Assembly (NCBI RefSeq): GCF_009914755.1
Contig: NC_060932.1
Length of the DNA: 64,000 nt
Direction: 5' to 3' (one strand)
Source: the human T2T-CHM13v2.0 reference genome, Homo sapiens
Shown here: positions 29,959 through 44,450 of the stretch, piece after piece
Position numbering within the stretch: the first letter of the stretch is position 1
Layout of the letters: the number at the start of each line of letters is the position of its first letter
Position numbers and translations under genes: made by a program
Notes under the pieces: model-generated
What the model saw: only the letters and a program-made list of their open reading frames with translations
Databases searched by the model: none
Told to the model about the DNA's origin: nothing

Positions 29959-30684
29959 TTATGTTGACGAATTTTCATTTAAAATTTAGGTATGTGGATA
30001 TTCATTTGAACAACCTATGAAAAGTTCCACGTTTAATGCCCTTCACGTACATTTGTCAAAAGAGGGAAGCAAGAGAACAGCCAGAATCTAATTATTTGTT
30101 CTATGTGCACTCATTCAAGGCATTAACATCAACATTCACCTACAAGTCTTTAAATTAATTCCTTTTTTCTGTATTTCCTATCTTACACCCATTTACATAT
30201 CATAATTTCTTTACCAAGTCATACCTATCAAAAATGTTTGAATTAAGAAAAATGTAGTCTCTCCTCAAAAGAGCTGCTAATGTCAGGAAGGAAGCTACCA
30301 AAAATAAAGATAGTAAGCCTCATCCTTAAAATATGCTCTAACCCATGCTGCTCAGACATTCATACTTCCTAACTCTAGACCTGCTCTTTCCTCCTCCTCT
30401 ATTCTCTATTAGCGTGAATTAATAACTTACAACTCAGTAGAACGGACAGAAGGGCTGGAAAAATAATAAACATTGAGATAAATCACTTATAATTAATATA
30501 CAGTAGACTGTAGGGTATATTGTAGTCAAAATGTATTGTATGACATAGCATGTATTGTTAATATTTATATTAGTTTTAAAACACTGGTTATTCTTTTATT
30601 TGTAAAAGTAAAGAGGTATATCTTTAAATGGATGTGTATTAATAGTTAGATATATTTATATTGTGTGCTTTTTTTTTTTTTAAG

Positions 30685-30933
30685 GTCCACCAGGAACTGA
30701 AATTGAGATCACTGGATCCAACTTTGGCTTTGAGATCTTGGAAATCTCCGTGATGATAAATAACATTCAGTGTAATGTAACCATGGCCAATGATAGTGTG
30801 GTGCAGTGCATCGTGGGAGATCATGCTGGGGGCACATTTCCTGTTATGATGCATCATAAGACAAAAGGCTCAGCCATGTCCACAGTTGTATTTGAGTACC
30901 CGCTTAATATTCAAAATATTAATCCAAGCCAAG
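30685..30933 (+). CDS. PKHD1L1: PKHD1L1 coding exon (prov. 39), IPT/TIG
   Basis: tttaag|GT CCA CCA...CAA G|gtagtc; PPGTEIEITGSNFG...IQNINPSQ; 249 nt; phase 1-1. Confidence 0.92.
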
Positions 30934-30990
30934 GTAGTCATAAGTATGCAAGAACCTGCAGATATTTTGTTTCAGTAAACACTTATTTAG

Positions 30991-31260
<270 letters not shown>

Positions 31261-31879
31261 AAAATTTATAGCACAATACAAATACTTTGCTTTATGTAGC
31301 AAATAAATAAGCATGTAAGTGTATAATTATTTATTTCAAAATACTAAACTTTAAAATATAATACCTTATATTTCTTAGTGATGTATGATTAATTTACTTA
31401 AAACTTAATCCTACTTAAAATGACAGTTATACATGAAAATTTTTCTTAAATCATGTTTAGACATCACTGGTATGTAATTATTTCTACATAAATTAGTATC
31501 TTTTTTATTTAAAAAATTTTTTAGTTAAAAACCTTGAGAAAGTATAAATAAACCAATCTACTTAAAATAGTAATTGCATAGTCTATGTTTTGCCTACTCT
31601 GAAATCCTTTGTGACATCTTTTTTAAATAAAATTTTAGTTCCTCGAAATAGTTCAAATAAATTACCAGATATGACATTTACTCAGTGAAGATTTTAAAAC
31701 ACTACAATCAAAAGAGATTCAGTTGCATTAATAGAATAATGCACTATAATTTCAGTTCTAAAAAACTCTTCATTTAATGTAACTTACTTTTAACATTTAA
31801 AATAAAGGTAAAAAATATGTACACAGAAGAAGTTTTATTTTAATTAGCTTTGTTTTTCCTTTTTATTTGTCTTCACTAG

Positions 31880-32029
31880 GGAGCTTTGGTGGGGGTCAAA
31901 CCATGACTGTGACAGGCACCGGATTTAATCCACAAAATTCAATTATATTAGTTTGTGGCTCAGAATGTGCAATTGACAGGCTTAGATCTGATTACACAAC
32001 ACTATTATGTGAAATTCCATCTAATAATG
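31880..32029 (+). CDS. PKHD1L1: PKHD1L1 coding exon (prov. 40), IPT/TIG
   Basis: cactag|GG AGC TTT...AAT G|gtaagt; SFGGGQTMTVTGTGFNP; 150 nt. Confidence 0.93.
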
Positions 32030-32389
32030 GTAAGTTGTCAGAAAAAGTAATGGCAGTCTTTGAGAACTAGTTAATTTTATAAAGATCAGTTAATTTCTTT
32101 TTTCAAGTTCTTGGATTCCTTGGAGTAATTAAATCACTTTATGACTGTCCTGATTCTAAGCAATTTCTTCAGGACATTTTCTAGATTTACATGTCTTTTG
32201 AGATTCATAAATTGCAGATGGAATTGTTTATAATAAATTGCAGTTTTTCAGTTTCTGGTATAAACTGATGGTTCTTAGTTTATTGTGCATACCAAATGGA
32301 GAACACATTTTTAGTTCCCATTAGAGTATTAGGATTCCATTAAAGATAGGAGTTTCATTAATGGCTATGAGTATCAACGCCGATAGTGC

Positions 32390-32760
32390 ATTGCTAAACT
32401 CAAACCCTACTTGTGTCACTGAATAAGTTATTTAACCTCTCTATGCCTCAGTTTTTTCAACTATAAAGTGAGATGAATCACAGTAGTCTACTGGACTGTT
32501 GTCAGGTTTTATCAGTTAATGTACATAAAGTGGATGGAATGATGTCTAGGACCATATGTAATTTGCTATTATTCTTATTCTTACTTATTTATTTTTAGTT
32601 AATGGTTAAGAGCCTGGGCTCTGAGGAGTTCCTGAATCTCAATTTTGTTACTTACTGTGTAACCCTAGCCGAGTAACTTCTCTCTGCTTCAGTTTCTCCA
32701 TGTATTAAATGGGGATATTATTAACTCTAATTCAATGGATTGTTGTGAAGATTAAATATT
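32390..32760. mobile_element. Two MIR fragments
   Basis: AAGTTATTTAACCTCTCTATGCCTCAGTTT and CTCTCTGCTTCAGTTTCTCC core motifs. Confidence 0.6.
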
Positions 32761-33516
32761 TGGTACTTTGGACAACAAAACTTAGTTATTACTTAACAAA
32801 ATTTAAGAAGATATTTAAACAATGTGAATATTCTATAAGAATAAAGGATATGTTTTATGTGAACACATTTTTTAAAACCTTAGCAAAATTTGTGAAGCTT
32901 TTCTAAATATTGTTGCTTCTTTCTCTGACTTCCTTAACAAAGAATATTGAAAAATGCAATATTTTTATGACTGAGCTTATGTATCATTTCCACACCAGAG
33001 TTTGAATCCTGATTAAAAAATATATATATATATAGCAATGCTTTGAGACTTGTCAAGGTTTTAGGTTGTTTGTCTTAACACTGGCTCTGCATCTTCTCGT
33101 TATGTTTTTGCATCAGGTTTCTGTAGTCCTTGTCTCTGACCTTGCCTTCAGCTGTCACTCCTTGCTGTTGTCAGTGTGCCTGCCTTTAAGCAGTTCTTCC
33201 CTCCTTCCTGTTCTAATTTACAAAGTTGGATCCTCTAGAATTGGAAAACTAAGCAGGCAGGTTTGTAGAATGTTCTACAGGAAGAGTCTCCCCAGGAGGG
33301 TCGAAGGGCTTTTTCTTCTGTCGATAATGGGCATGAACTTTTGTAATGTTTTTGGCTATTGCTAGAGGGCCACTATTATTCACATGTAGCCTAGGTATAT
33401 TGGAAAAGGAAGATGATTGTGTGAAAAGGAAGATGTTATTGAAAATGTTTGGAGGTTTTGGAAATGAATCAGGGCCCGATGGCAGAACTGCATTCAGTCT
33501 GATCTTCCTTTCATAG

Positions 33517-33691
33517 GCACGGGAGCTGAGCAAGCCTGTGAAGTGAGTGTGGTTAATGGGAAAGATTTGTCACAGTCCATGACTCCGTTTACGTACGCAG
33601 TGTCACTGACTCCACTCATCACTGCAGTATCTCCTAAGAGAGGCAGTACAGCAGGGGGCACCAGACTGACAGTCGTGGGATCAGGATTCAG
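33517..33691 (+). CDS. PKHD1L1: PKHD1L1 coding exon (prov. 41), IPT/TIG
   Basis: tcatag|GC ACG GGA...TTC AG|gtactg; TPLITAVSPKRGSTAGGTRLTVVGSGF; 175 nt. Confidence 0.93.
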
Positions 33692-34665
33692 GTACTGTCT
33701 CCACACAAACACGCATCATTGTGCATTTCCAGACTTGAGCCATTACTCCTGCTTTCTCCTATGCCCGGACAGTGCAGAAATACAGTCATGCAATGTGTAC
33801 CTATATGCTCGTAACTTAAGCTTAAGGCAAAAATAGTACTAATTGCTAACATTTATTGAGTATTTATTTTGTGGCAACTACCTGCCTACCCACGGAGAAG
33901 TCCTGCCTTACTTCCTGAGATGTTTTTACCTCGTTTTATGGTTAGAAGACAGATTAAACAGGTTAGACATCTTGCCCCCAATCCTAGTATGTAGCATCAC
34001 AAATATAAATCACCTTCTTGTTATGCTTTCTCCATCATCTTATCTCCAGCCATGATCTGCTTCATTGGATCAAAGAAACATCTTTCCATACAGCAGTTCT
34101 ATTCCACTGTAATTGCTCAAGTTTCTTTTTCTTAAACATACTCATTATTTGGCTCAAATTTGTGTACTGCATTGTCATCATTATTCAGGTGCGGAAGGCT
34201 GAAGTCAAAACACCAGATCGCATACACCATAGAAGCTCATTGTAACTCCTCAAGCAGTTATGATTACCTTGAACTTGCATTTTTATCTGGAGGTTAAGTT
34301 CTAAAGTCCACAAACATGATGAAAATGTCACATGGACAAGTGATCCTTGAAAATCTCTTTTAAAAGTACCTGTTGGGAGATCAACATAGAATCACTGAAC
34401 AACAACAATCACTGTTTCTTTCCCCAACACTGGAACATCTGCTAGTTACAGTCCTATTTTCTGGACTCTTAACCTCTTTGTTTACTTTTTTTCAATAAAT
34501 ATTTTGAAGTCTTAATATTGAAAAAAAGCATCAATCTACACTTTGGTGGCTGATAGAATCAGGTCATTTTTTTTTTGCAATAATACATAGGAATAAAAGG
34601 GTTTGACAGTGTGATCTAGATATTTGAGAAAAACATACATGTTATGTTTTCCCTCTTTTTTACAG

Positions 34666-34822
34666 TGAAAATATGGAGGATGTTCATATCACCATAGCTG
34701 AAGCCAAATGTGATGTTGAGTATTCCAACAAGACACACATCATCTGCATGACAGATGCCCATACTCTATCAGGGTGGGCTCCAGTTTGTGTCCACATCAG
34801 AGGTGTCGGCATGGCCAAACTG
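34666..34822 (+). CDS. PKHD1L1: PKHD1L1 coding exon (prov. 42), end of the last IPT/TIG
   Basis: ttacag|T GAA AAT...AAA CTG|gtaata; ENMEDVHITIAEAKCDVEYSNKTHIICMT; 157 nt. Confidence 0.92.
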
Positions 34823-35259
34823 GTAATAGTGCTGTTGGGTATAGTAATCACAGCAATAGAAAACCAGCATTATGGGAGGTGGGCTAATTGGTAATTGTTG
34901 TTTTACTTTAATGTCTCCAAAAAAATAACTGAGCTGTGACCATAATAAATCTAAAGTAGCTTACATTTTTTGTTGCTTTTCCTAAAATTTTTATTATTTT
35001 AGATTTTTGATTTTTCTGAGTTGTGGGGTAATTGGTAATAGATTTTTTAAACTTGATCATTATTGTGAAATAAACCAAGAGGCAATTATGACACATTTTA
35101 AGTAGGTTAGATTTTATTATTAATAAAATGCTTATTGTTTATATATATTTACTATATAATATAAATATATTTATATTGTAATAAAATGCTTTTTGAAAAA
35201 TCGAATGAAAAACTCTGGTAAAATCCCTAAATTTTAAGGTCTCTTATGTTCTATTACAG

Positions 35260-35416
35260 GATAATGCTGACTTTCTTTATGTTGATGCCTGGTCCTCCAA
35301 TTTCTCATGGGGGGGAAAATCTCCCCCAGAAGAAGGATCTCTTGTTGTTATTACAAAAGGACAGACCATTCTGCTGGATCAAAGCACCCCTATTTTGAAA
35401 ATGTTGCTTATTCAGG
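35260..35416 (+). CDS. PKHD1L1: PKHD1L1 coding exon (prov. 43), start of G8 domain 1
   Basis: ttacag|GAT AAT...CAG G|gtaaat; WSSNFSWGGKSPPEEGSLVVITKGQTILLD (G8 N-terminal signature); 157 nt. Confidence 0.93.
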
Positions 35417-36708
35417 GTAAATTTCTGAATATCTGTTCATTGGACTCTGCCTGATAAATATTTCTGTGAAACTGATTTAATCAAAATCCACAATTATGAA
35501 CAAACATAGTTGCACTATCTTTTTAATATACAGTGTAGTCCTGGGCTTTCTAAATTGAGTATTACAATCCATTTGTGATTATGATATTATTTAATGTGTT
35601 GCAGCCAGCATTTTAAAAATTAAATAGGATAGACAGCATCAGAATAGATTGCATGCATATGGGTAAGTACCTTTTAAAGCTAAATGTTGTTTTATGAAAC
35701 TTTTGGTTCAATAACAATGTGGGGAGGTGTGAGCATGCCCGCCCACTTTCACTAGATCACAACAAAAAAGGTATTTTCCACTTTGAAAAACACTGATGTA
35801 GTGGGTCCCAGGAAATAAAAAGTCATCGAGATTTGTTCAGGTCTATCCTAAATGATCCCCTTGACTCCCTTTGGAAGATAGGTTGTGATTTTCACCTTTG
35901 CCTGTGAACCTGTTTATGTTGTTGCCTGGGTTTGTCTCTGCTGCTGTGTTTTATTTTTTACTATGGAAAACTAAATAACCACAACTGTGATAATTGCATG
36001 TAAAAGAATCATTAATTGGTAAGAGTAGACTGCTTGAGGATTTAGTGCACAAACTTTGCCATAACAGGCTTAGCCACCGGAAGACTCCTGCATTGTTATT
36101 TACTATTTTTAACTTCTGGGAAAATAGAAAAGTTTCAGGTTTTTGAAGTTATTAAATATTGGACCTTTGGACAAATAAAATTTTACTACTTACAAATTTA
36201 TAAATTTACACTAGTCTCATAAAAATGTATCTTGGTATGATCTTTAATAATGCTAATCAGGCTATAGCTGTTGAGAGTGCAAATTAATGGGTAAAAGTTC
36301 AAAGCTAATGTTGACATTATAATGGTTTTTATAAACATGCTTTTCTTTAATTGCTTTTGTTCTTAATTTATATTTTGAGGTGCTGTGTTTGTACAACGAA
36401 TTTGCATAGCTGAGCTATTTAGTAGCATCTAAAATAAGCTACTTTCCCAATGTTCAAGGGAAAATAATCTTCCCTGGGATTTGATTTTCTGTAAACTCCC
36501 ATGGTCTTGTCTGGAGTTTTTATGCTTTTATGTTGCCAAAGAACTGAAGTGAAGTTATATGCATAACAACAGCAGAACATGAATGAGGAATTAAATTTTA
36601 ATTTAATGTATAATTTAATAATTATGTTAAATTGTAATGAATAATTTAATAGGTAACTTTTAACAAGATTTTTCCTTGTGATGTATTTCAAAATTGTATG
36701 ATTCATAG

Positions 36709-36788
36709 GTGGGACTCTAATATTTGATGAAGCTGACATTGAACTCCAGGCAGAAAATATTCTAATTACAGATGGAGGTGTTCTTCAG
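36709..36788 (+). CDS. PKHD1L1: PKHD1L1 coding exon (prov. 44), G8
   Basis: tcatag|GT GGG ACT...CTT CAG|gtattc; GTLIFDEADIELQAENILITDGGVLQ; 80 nt. Confidence 0.92.
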
Positions 36789-37264
36789 GTATTCAAAAGA
36801 ACATAATACATATTCATTTCCAACCTGTCTCCATTCATTTTTTTAAATACTATGTGTAAAATGGATAGTTAATTATATCAACCTCTCCTAAGTTTATCTT
36901 TGTTTAGGTCTCTGTTATTGGTATAAAATCCTTTATGCAAGGAGAAAAGTTTCCCAGAATCTTGTGTTTTTAATGGGAAGATAGTAGTTTATATTCCCAT
37001 AGAGCAGAATTTAAAATAGAACAGGAAAGAATTAACTCTGAGATGTGGCTAAAGTCAATCAGTATACCTTTCAAAGGTCTGGCATAGTGTATTTATTTGG
37101 CTGACTAGAAAATTAAAGGTTTATCTTTCAAAAGAAAGATATGAACAACTGAGCAATTAATTCTCAAAAGAGAAGAGAGGATAGAAAAGAACTACTTTTG
37201 TGTGATTAGAATTGTGGATTTGGGGTTTTAATTTTCTGAATGGCATTTGTGACATCTTTTGCAG

Positions 37265-37394
37265 ATTGGAACAGAGACATCCCCATTCCAACACAAGGCT
37301 GTCATTACCTTGCATGGTCACCTGCGATCTCCTGAGCTCCCTGTCTATGGTGCCAAAACACTGGCTGTGCGGGAGGGAATCCTGGATCTGCACG
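37265..37394 (+). CDS. PKHD1L1: PKHD1L1 coding exon (prov. 45), G8 C-terminus
   Basis: ttgcag|ATT GGA...CAC G|gtactg; IGTETSPFQHKAVITLHG...GILDLH; 130 nt. Confidence 0.93.
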
Positions 37395-37597
37395 GTACTG
37401 TGGCCAAGTGGCTAAGGGAGTTGGTAGAGGAAGACTCACCAGGACACCAGGGATAATTATCCTGTGATAATTATAATTTATCCTGTGATAAAGTGAAAGT
37501 GTGTTAGGCTTCTCATGTCTTTAGATATCCCCTCTTTACCCCTTCCTTCTTTCCCACATCCAAGCCAGGCTAGCCCAGACATCAAGACTCAGAACCA

Positions 37598-37923
37598 GGC
37601 CAGGTGCGGTGGCTCATACCTGTAATCCCAGCACCTGGGGAAGCCAAAGCGGGTGAATCACCTAAGGCCAGGTGTTTGATACCAGCCTGGCCAACATGGC
37701 AAAACCCTGTCTCCACTAAAAATACAAAATTTAGCCAGGCATGGTGGTGCACACCTGTAAGCCCAGCTACTTAGGAGGCTGAGGCAGGAGAATCACTTGA
37801 ACCCAGGAGATGGTGGCTGCAGTGAGCCAAGATCACACCACTGCGCTCTAGGCTGGGCAATAGAGTGAGACTCTGTCTCTGTGTCAACAAAACAAAACAA
37901 ACAAACAAACAAAACCAAAAAAA
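37598..37923 (+). mobile_element. Alu (AluS-like)
   Basis: Full Alu with a mixed A/C tail. Confidence 0.92.
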
Positions 37924-38803
37924 CTCAGAACCAAGGTCACACTTGGGAAAGCCTTTCTGGGTCTTTTCTACATTCCTCCTCTTCCCCTTTTCCATGAGCC
38001 TCCAGGCTCTTCTCGTTTCATTTTACACTAACCGTAGTACCTGTCTGTGATTGCCTGTTTACTTTATGTATTTATATATATAAAAAGACTAAGTCTAGAA
38101 ACAGAAGAATGTAATTTCTTAAATTTGTATCTGAAAATGGGGCCTCTCTAAAATATAACAAGGGATTTATAGTTGTGGATTTCTATAACTATATCCTAGA
38201 ACCTTGTCAGCAAGTAAAAATGATTTTGATCATGTTTGAGGTACCAGGGCAACATACTATTTAAAGAAAGCATGGTGTGAATCTTTTTTATATTGACGTC
38301 TTCCACATTGCAATAATCTATCCCCTTTATAAATTTAGAATACCATAAACATGATACCTTATTATCATAAAAGTCCTACATAGGGCTCAATATATATATA
38401 CTATGTAATTTCTTAGAAAATCTACATTTGACTCTAGATTATTAGTTTAAGAAATTCCTACCAATAATGACAAAGACAATAGACTTTTGCTCATTTTGTC
38501 AATATTATCACACCCCATTTACATTGTGTCCCTGTAAAAAAAGATGGTTATAAATAGGGTATATCATTGCAGAAGAATATTTTTGAAAAGTTTTATAGTC
38601 ATATACATGTCATTACAAACACAATTGTTACTTTTATAAAGCAAGCATTCTACATATTTCTTTTTGGAGAAATGTGTGAAATGCTAAGGTAAAATGAGCC
38701 TCTCCAACATTGATTCAATTTAGGAAAAGATTAAAATGTATAAAGTTCTCAATAACAAATCAAACACATGTAAGGAAATACTCAGTGTGTATGTTGGTTC
38801 TAG

Positions 38804-38933
38804 GTGTGCCTGTTCCTGTGACCTGGACTCGCTTGGCTCATACTGCAAAGGCAGGGGAAAGAATTTTAATTTTACAAGAAGCAGTAACATGGAAACCAGG
38901 AGATAACATTGTAATTGCAAGCACAGGACACAG
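38804..38933 (+). CDS. PKHD1L1: PKHD1L1 coding exon (prov. 46)
   Basis: ttctag|GT GTG CCT...CAC AG|gtatga; TWTRLAHTAKAG...WKPGDNIVIASTG (shared with CEMIP/TMEM2/PKHD1); 130 nt. Confidence 0.93.
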
Positions 38934-41624
38934 GTATGATATCTTCTGGGCTTAATGATGTGTATTTAGAAAAGAAATTTTTATACTGTATAAAGAGGGA
39001 CAATTCAGATGGTGCATGACTATTTGGTTTAAACTTGAAATCTCTAATAAAGAAATATGAACAGCCAAATACAGATTTGCCAAGTGTTAACATTAGGTTG
39101 ATCACATTTGTATTGCATTATAATTGATAGATTTACAATAAGAAAAAACATAAATTCGAACCTATGAAATAACTATGTCCTAGTAAAATGTATGTTTTAC
39201 ACGGTTTGGCTCCCATGTAAGAATCTATTTGGAAAAAAGAAGTGTTTGACTACTAAAAGTCATTTGGAAATATCTTAGAGTTTTAAATAAATACCTTAAT
39301 GAATGCAAAAATGTAAATGAGCTTCTTAGTTGGAGGTCACCAAAGAACATGTTTGAAAGCAGCTAGTGAACTCTCTTATCTTACAGCCTTAGCAAATGGT
39401 TCCCACTGAGCAAAATCGTTAATAATGAATAAATAAAAGAGAAGAAATAATTATACAAAAAGTGATGATTCACATAACCTTTTAGGTGCCTGTTATTTTA
39501 AAACCGAAACTACTTATGACCCTTAATTTCTGTTTAATTACATTTTTTAGCAAATAAGACATAAAAGAAAGAAAATTAACATAACACCACCAAGTATCAC
39601 CTGGGTAGGGGCAAGAGGAGCATTATTTTTGCTTTATTGTTCAAATTATAGATAATAGTAAAATTGAATATGGTTGTGATTATTAGGAAATGAACAGTGA
39701 TTTATAAGAAACAGCTAAATTGTGTTAAGGCCATGATACAACTTAAATTTAAAATTCAAGATGGCATTTTGAGTTTGCCATATTCCATGTTAAAAATAGA
39801 CTTGCAGTTATTAGGAAGAATTAAATATATACTTAGCTTTAGTGCTCATTTTGTTCTGCCCTTGGAAGAAATTTTAATTATATAATGGCAAAATTAAAAA
39901 GCAGGAAAATGATAGGGGTTACTAACAGCATAGAAAATCTTCATTTATGGCTTTTTGTATGAAATGAAAGGGTTTAGAATAGGGCTATTTAGTTTTCAGA
40001 AACAAGAATTAAGGAGTTTCCCACCAAATCTAATTGTTCACTGTGTCATTGATAAATCCTATTTGAGAGTTTGCAAAGCCAGTGGTTAAGAAAATGCCTT
40101 CAAAAGTCAGTTTGTCTCTGTCTAGCTCCCTGCAATACCACTTACTAGTTCTGTAGTTATATTATTTTACTTCTCTGTGCTTCAGTAAAATTGGAATGGT
40201 ATTAGTAAGGATTACATTAGTTAATAAGTGTAAAGCAGTAAAAGCAGAACTTGGCTCAAACTAAGTGCTTATTAACACTTAGTGTTGTTATATTACAACA
40301 AAGGAAGGAAAGATGTGTTTAGGTACATACAACATATGAAAATGCTTTTCACAACTTCTTTTCTAAAGAAATCATTGTATCATCCGAATCCAGGAAAATT
40401 CAAGAGAGGCTAATCTAAGGCCTTTTTGCATACCGCCTGTGAGATCTTGTACCACTGGTTCGCCCTTATCTCTAAGCATCCTTAATCTCCACCTCTCCTT
40501 GCCCCTCCCCCACAATTTCTTCCCTCTATCTTTTGGAATGATTCTTGTCCCCATCCACCCATTGTCTTGATAAACAGCTTTGTTCTCCTGTCTCCTGTAG
40601 CATCTTTCTTTTTTTAATCCTTTATTTTAGAGTTGTAAACTGCTTAAATATTATATGCTCATTTCTTCTATTTTATCCTTACTATCCTTTGTTTTCTTTC
40701 TTTAAACACCTATAGTCTAGTTTTCTTCTTCACAAATCTTTTTCAGTGACCTTCTAATTATCATCATTCATTATTTCCTTTGTATCACCAAGTTCTTTTG
40801 GTCTGCCCTTGGCATGTCTCTCAGCTTTCTCTGCTCTCAGTTTGATTTAGATTCTCAGCCTCTCACACCTGGAATATTACATCATCTTCCTCTTTGGGCT
40901 CCATTCCACTTTCTTCCCCCCACGAATTCATTCTGCATTAATTTGTTCAATCAATCAAAACCGTTATTGAGTTGTGACAGGTGCTGTACTAAGTGCTCAG
41001 CATATAAAATGATTTCAATGGGTGTCATGCCTAGAAGAGCAGACAAGTCAGTGGAAGGGACAGAAAGGTAGATATCTCATAGGACTGCAGCGTTGTTGCT
41101 CTGAGCACTAACAGAGCTTTATGCAGAGTGTATTGAGAATGCAGAAGTAGGGTTGGGAAAGTTGAGAGAGCTGCTTTGAATCTATTTCACATGTGACACT
41201 GTCATTTGCACTGGCATTTAAAGGAGTAAAAGGATTTGTCAAGGGAGGGAAGGGTAAAAAGAAAATGTTGGGAAAACACAGAGGTAACTCCCTTAGGCTT
41301 ACCTTTGTTAACAGCAGCAATCACACTTTAGTAGATAATATATTATACAATCAAGCATTGACACACTTGTCTCCTTAAAATCAGGGAAACTTTCTACTTG
41401 GTATCCCCAGTGCTTAGTTCTATGCCTAAAATGCAGGTTAGAACCTCAATAAATGTTTGTTGAATGACTAAATGCATGAATGTGTACATTATAGAACTGG
41501 CAAATCCCTTCTGCTGTGGCTGGAATTTGGGGTATATTTGGAGGAATGGTAAAAACGAGACCTCCTAAGCTTCAACTCAATCATTTCTTTTCCTTGTTCA
41601 GGAACCTTCAGTGACTCTCCCTTG

Positions 41625-41840
41625 TAAAGGTTCTCAACTTGTGCATGACTGAAATTTTGGACCAGATAATCTTTGTTATGTTGGGGAAATCCTGTGTATC
41701 ATGGGATGCTTAGAAACACCCCTGGTCTCTACCTACCAGATGCCAGTAGCAGCCCCCAATTGTAACAACCAAAAGTGTCTTCAGGCATTGCTAAATGTCC
41801 CCTGGGAGGAATAAAATCATCCTCAATTGAGAACCACTGA
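41625..41840. mobile_element. MER20-like hAT MITE
   Basis: GGTTCTCAAC...TTGAGAACCACTG termini; TTTTGGACCAGATAATCTTTG and AACCAAAAGTGTCT motifs. Confidence 0.75.
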
Positions 41841-42136
41841 GTATGATCCTCCAAGTTATAAATGAATAGTTTTCCAAATACTTTTTATAAGCTAATCCAG
41901 TTCTAGGAACGAATGTAGACCTTGAAAAATATTTCATTGAATTGAATATATTTGTAAAACTTAGTTAATCAAGCAAGAATAAAATATTTTTTCTAATTTC
42001 TGTTCAGAATATTATATGACATAAGAATAGTTTCCTATTTTGCAGAGTATTTAAAATGAATAAAACAAATATACCAAAACAATATGTTATGTCAATTTAT
42101 ATTAATTTTAAAATTTTTTTGTCAAAATTTTTACAG

Positions 42137-42378
42137 ACACAGTCAAGGAGAGAATGAAAAAATGACCATTGCATCTGTGTCTGCTGATGGCATAAACATA
42201 ACACTAAGTAACCCACTAAATTACACACACTTAGGAATTACGGTCACACTCCCTGATGGAACTCTGTTTGAAGCAAGAGCAGAAGTTGGAATTCTTACAA
42301 GAAATATTTTAATAAGAGGATCTGATAATGTTGAGTGGAATAACAAAATTCCTGCATGTCCTGATGGATTTGACACAG
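42137..42378 (+). CDS. PKHD1L1: PKHD1L1 coding exon (prov. 47)
   Basis: ttacag|A CAC AGT...ACA G|gtaatt; PLNYTHLG...RAEVGILTRNILIRG; 242 nt. Confidence 0.94.
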
Positions 42379-43022
42379 GTAATTTTAGCAGCTCTCGTGG
42401 TTGGTATAATCATGCCATATAGTTTTACAATTTAATTGGTTTATATTGAAATACATTATTTCAATGTATTTCATTGTAAATATCATTAAATATAATTTAA
42501 TGATATTAATCTTATAAGATACCATTAAATATCTTATAAATATAATTAAATGTGGAAATTTGGAAATGCTGATAGTATTTGTGAGTAACATGAAGATATT
42601 TGAATATATTGAAGAAAAGTGGTTAATGCTGACACTATAATGGGAGAAATAAGTGCACTTGGATTCTGTTGATAAATTATCTTCCTATAATTATGATTCA
42701 TTATTATGTTTAGATTAGACCTTGATGATTAGTTTTAATATTGTCAGCAAGAAACTGCATTATTTATATTTACTCAGAAAATATGGCAAACTATATTTGA
42801 TAGTGATACAAAGATTCTGTTTAGCAAATCCTTGACTGTCAGAGCTTTTTTAATTTTCCAGAATTTGCAGTTTATCAGAACAGTGTGAGAGTGGGTTTAC
42901 TGTAAAAGATATTTTAATTAATTCCTAGACTGATGATGGATAGACAGACAAATGGATAGATGGAATGATGGGGGGAAAATCTATAGATATATAGATCTGA
43001 GCCAGTGGGGGTAGGCTAAGTC

Positions 43023-43236
43023 CGAGTTTTTCAAAGTCAGCTCTGTTGGTATTTTGGCCCAGATAATTCTCTGCTGTGGGGCACTGTCCTGTGCATCACA
43101 AGATGTTTGACAGCACACTTGGCATCTACCAACTAAATTCTAGTAGCCTCCTCTAACAACTGTGACAACCAAAAGTGTTTCCAGACTTTGCAGAAATGTT
43201 CCCTGGGGGCAAAATTGGCCTCAGTTAAGAAACACT
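43023..43236. mobile_element. MER20-like hAT MITE
   Basis: TTTTGGCCCAGATAATTCTCTGCTGTGGG and GTGACAACCAAAAGTGTTTCCAGAC motifs. Confidence 0.75.
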
Positions 43237-44313
43237 GGACTAGGTTATGCTCTATTTACAAACAAGCCCAAAATGTCAGTGATTTAAAATATAAAAGTCT
43301 ATTTCCCATTCATGCTACATGTGTCCCATATGGGTCAACAGGTGGGCTCTTCTCATTATAATTGCCTTGGGATCCAGGCTTATGAAGGATCTATCTCAGC
43401 ACGGGCTTCTGTGATGTCTGAGGCAGGAGATGAGATTACTGGAAAGTAAAGCACTAGCAACTCATTGCTTTGGTCTCAAAGTGACAGGTGTCTCTTATAC
43501 TCAAGGGTCATTGGTCAGAACTGATTCCATGGCTATGCCTAACTTGAAGAGAGTGAGTTAGTGCAAAACCCATATACCCAGAAATAGAAGGGAAATGGAT
43601 ATTGGTGAATTTTAGTGATGTTTATATCACAGTTCTCATATCTATAGCAGGAAGCAGAATGCATCTTACATGTCTCTTTTAAATTTTTTATGTAATCATT
43701 CATATCATTACAATACTATAAGTAGTTGAACAATAACTGATGCAGCTTAAATAATAGTCTTTTCTTCAAAAGGAAGTATAAGACAAAGCCCATGGGATTT
43801 TATGTCAAATGAGCTACGTTCTCATTCCAGTTCATCAGTTCATCTGCGTCAATTATCACAATGTACATGAAACCTAGTTTCATCCATTTAAATTAAGAAT
43901 ACTTCCTGTTCTATTTACTATGGTTGTAAAAAAGTAAGTGACATAATGCATATTCTCATGTTCTACAAATATAAAATTGCATTGATTATGTTAATCCTCA
44001 AATCTTGGGGAAGGCTTCATAAATAATAAAACTAAATCCCATTATCAATATTCCCTTGATCATTCAAATATTTGTTTAGTATCTTCTCTGAAAAATACTG
44101 TATAAGTACTTTAGGGAATACAAAGTTGAACAAGACAAGGTACTTACCTATCTTGCTATCTAAAAGAGGAAATGATGTGAATGCAAATAACTATGTTCTA
44201 GGATGAGGTTGAGATCATATGTGAATCAAATGATACACTTAGTTATGAGAAAATCTTCAATATAAGAGGATTCCGACAATTTTTTTAATGATGCTTTAAA
44301 AACTGTTTTGAAG

Positions 44314-44450
44314 GAGAATTTGCTACACAGACCTGTCTCCAAGGAAAGTTTGGAGAAGAAATAGGAAGTGACCAATTTGGAGGCTGCGTTATGTTTCATG
44401 CTCCTGTACCTGGTGCTAACATGGTAACTGGGAGAATAGAATATGTAGAG
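44314..44450 (+). CDS. PKHD1L1: PKHD1L1 coding exon (prov. 48)
   Basis: ttgaag|GA GAA TTT...GTA GAG|gtgaga; DQFGGCVMFH...GRIEYVE; 137 nt. Confidence 0.92.
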
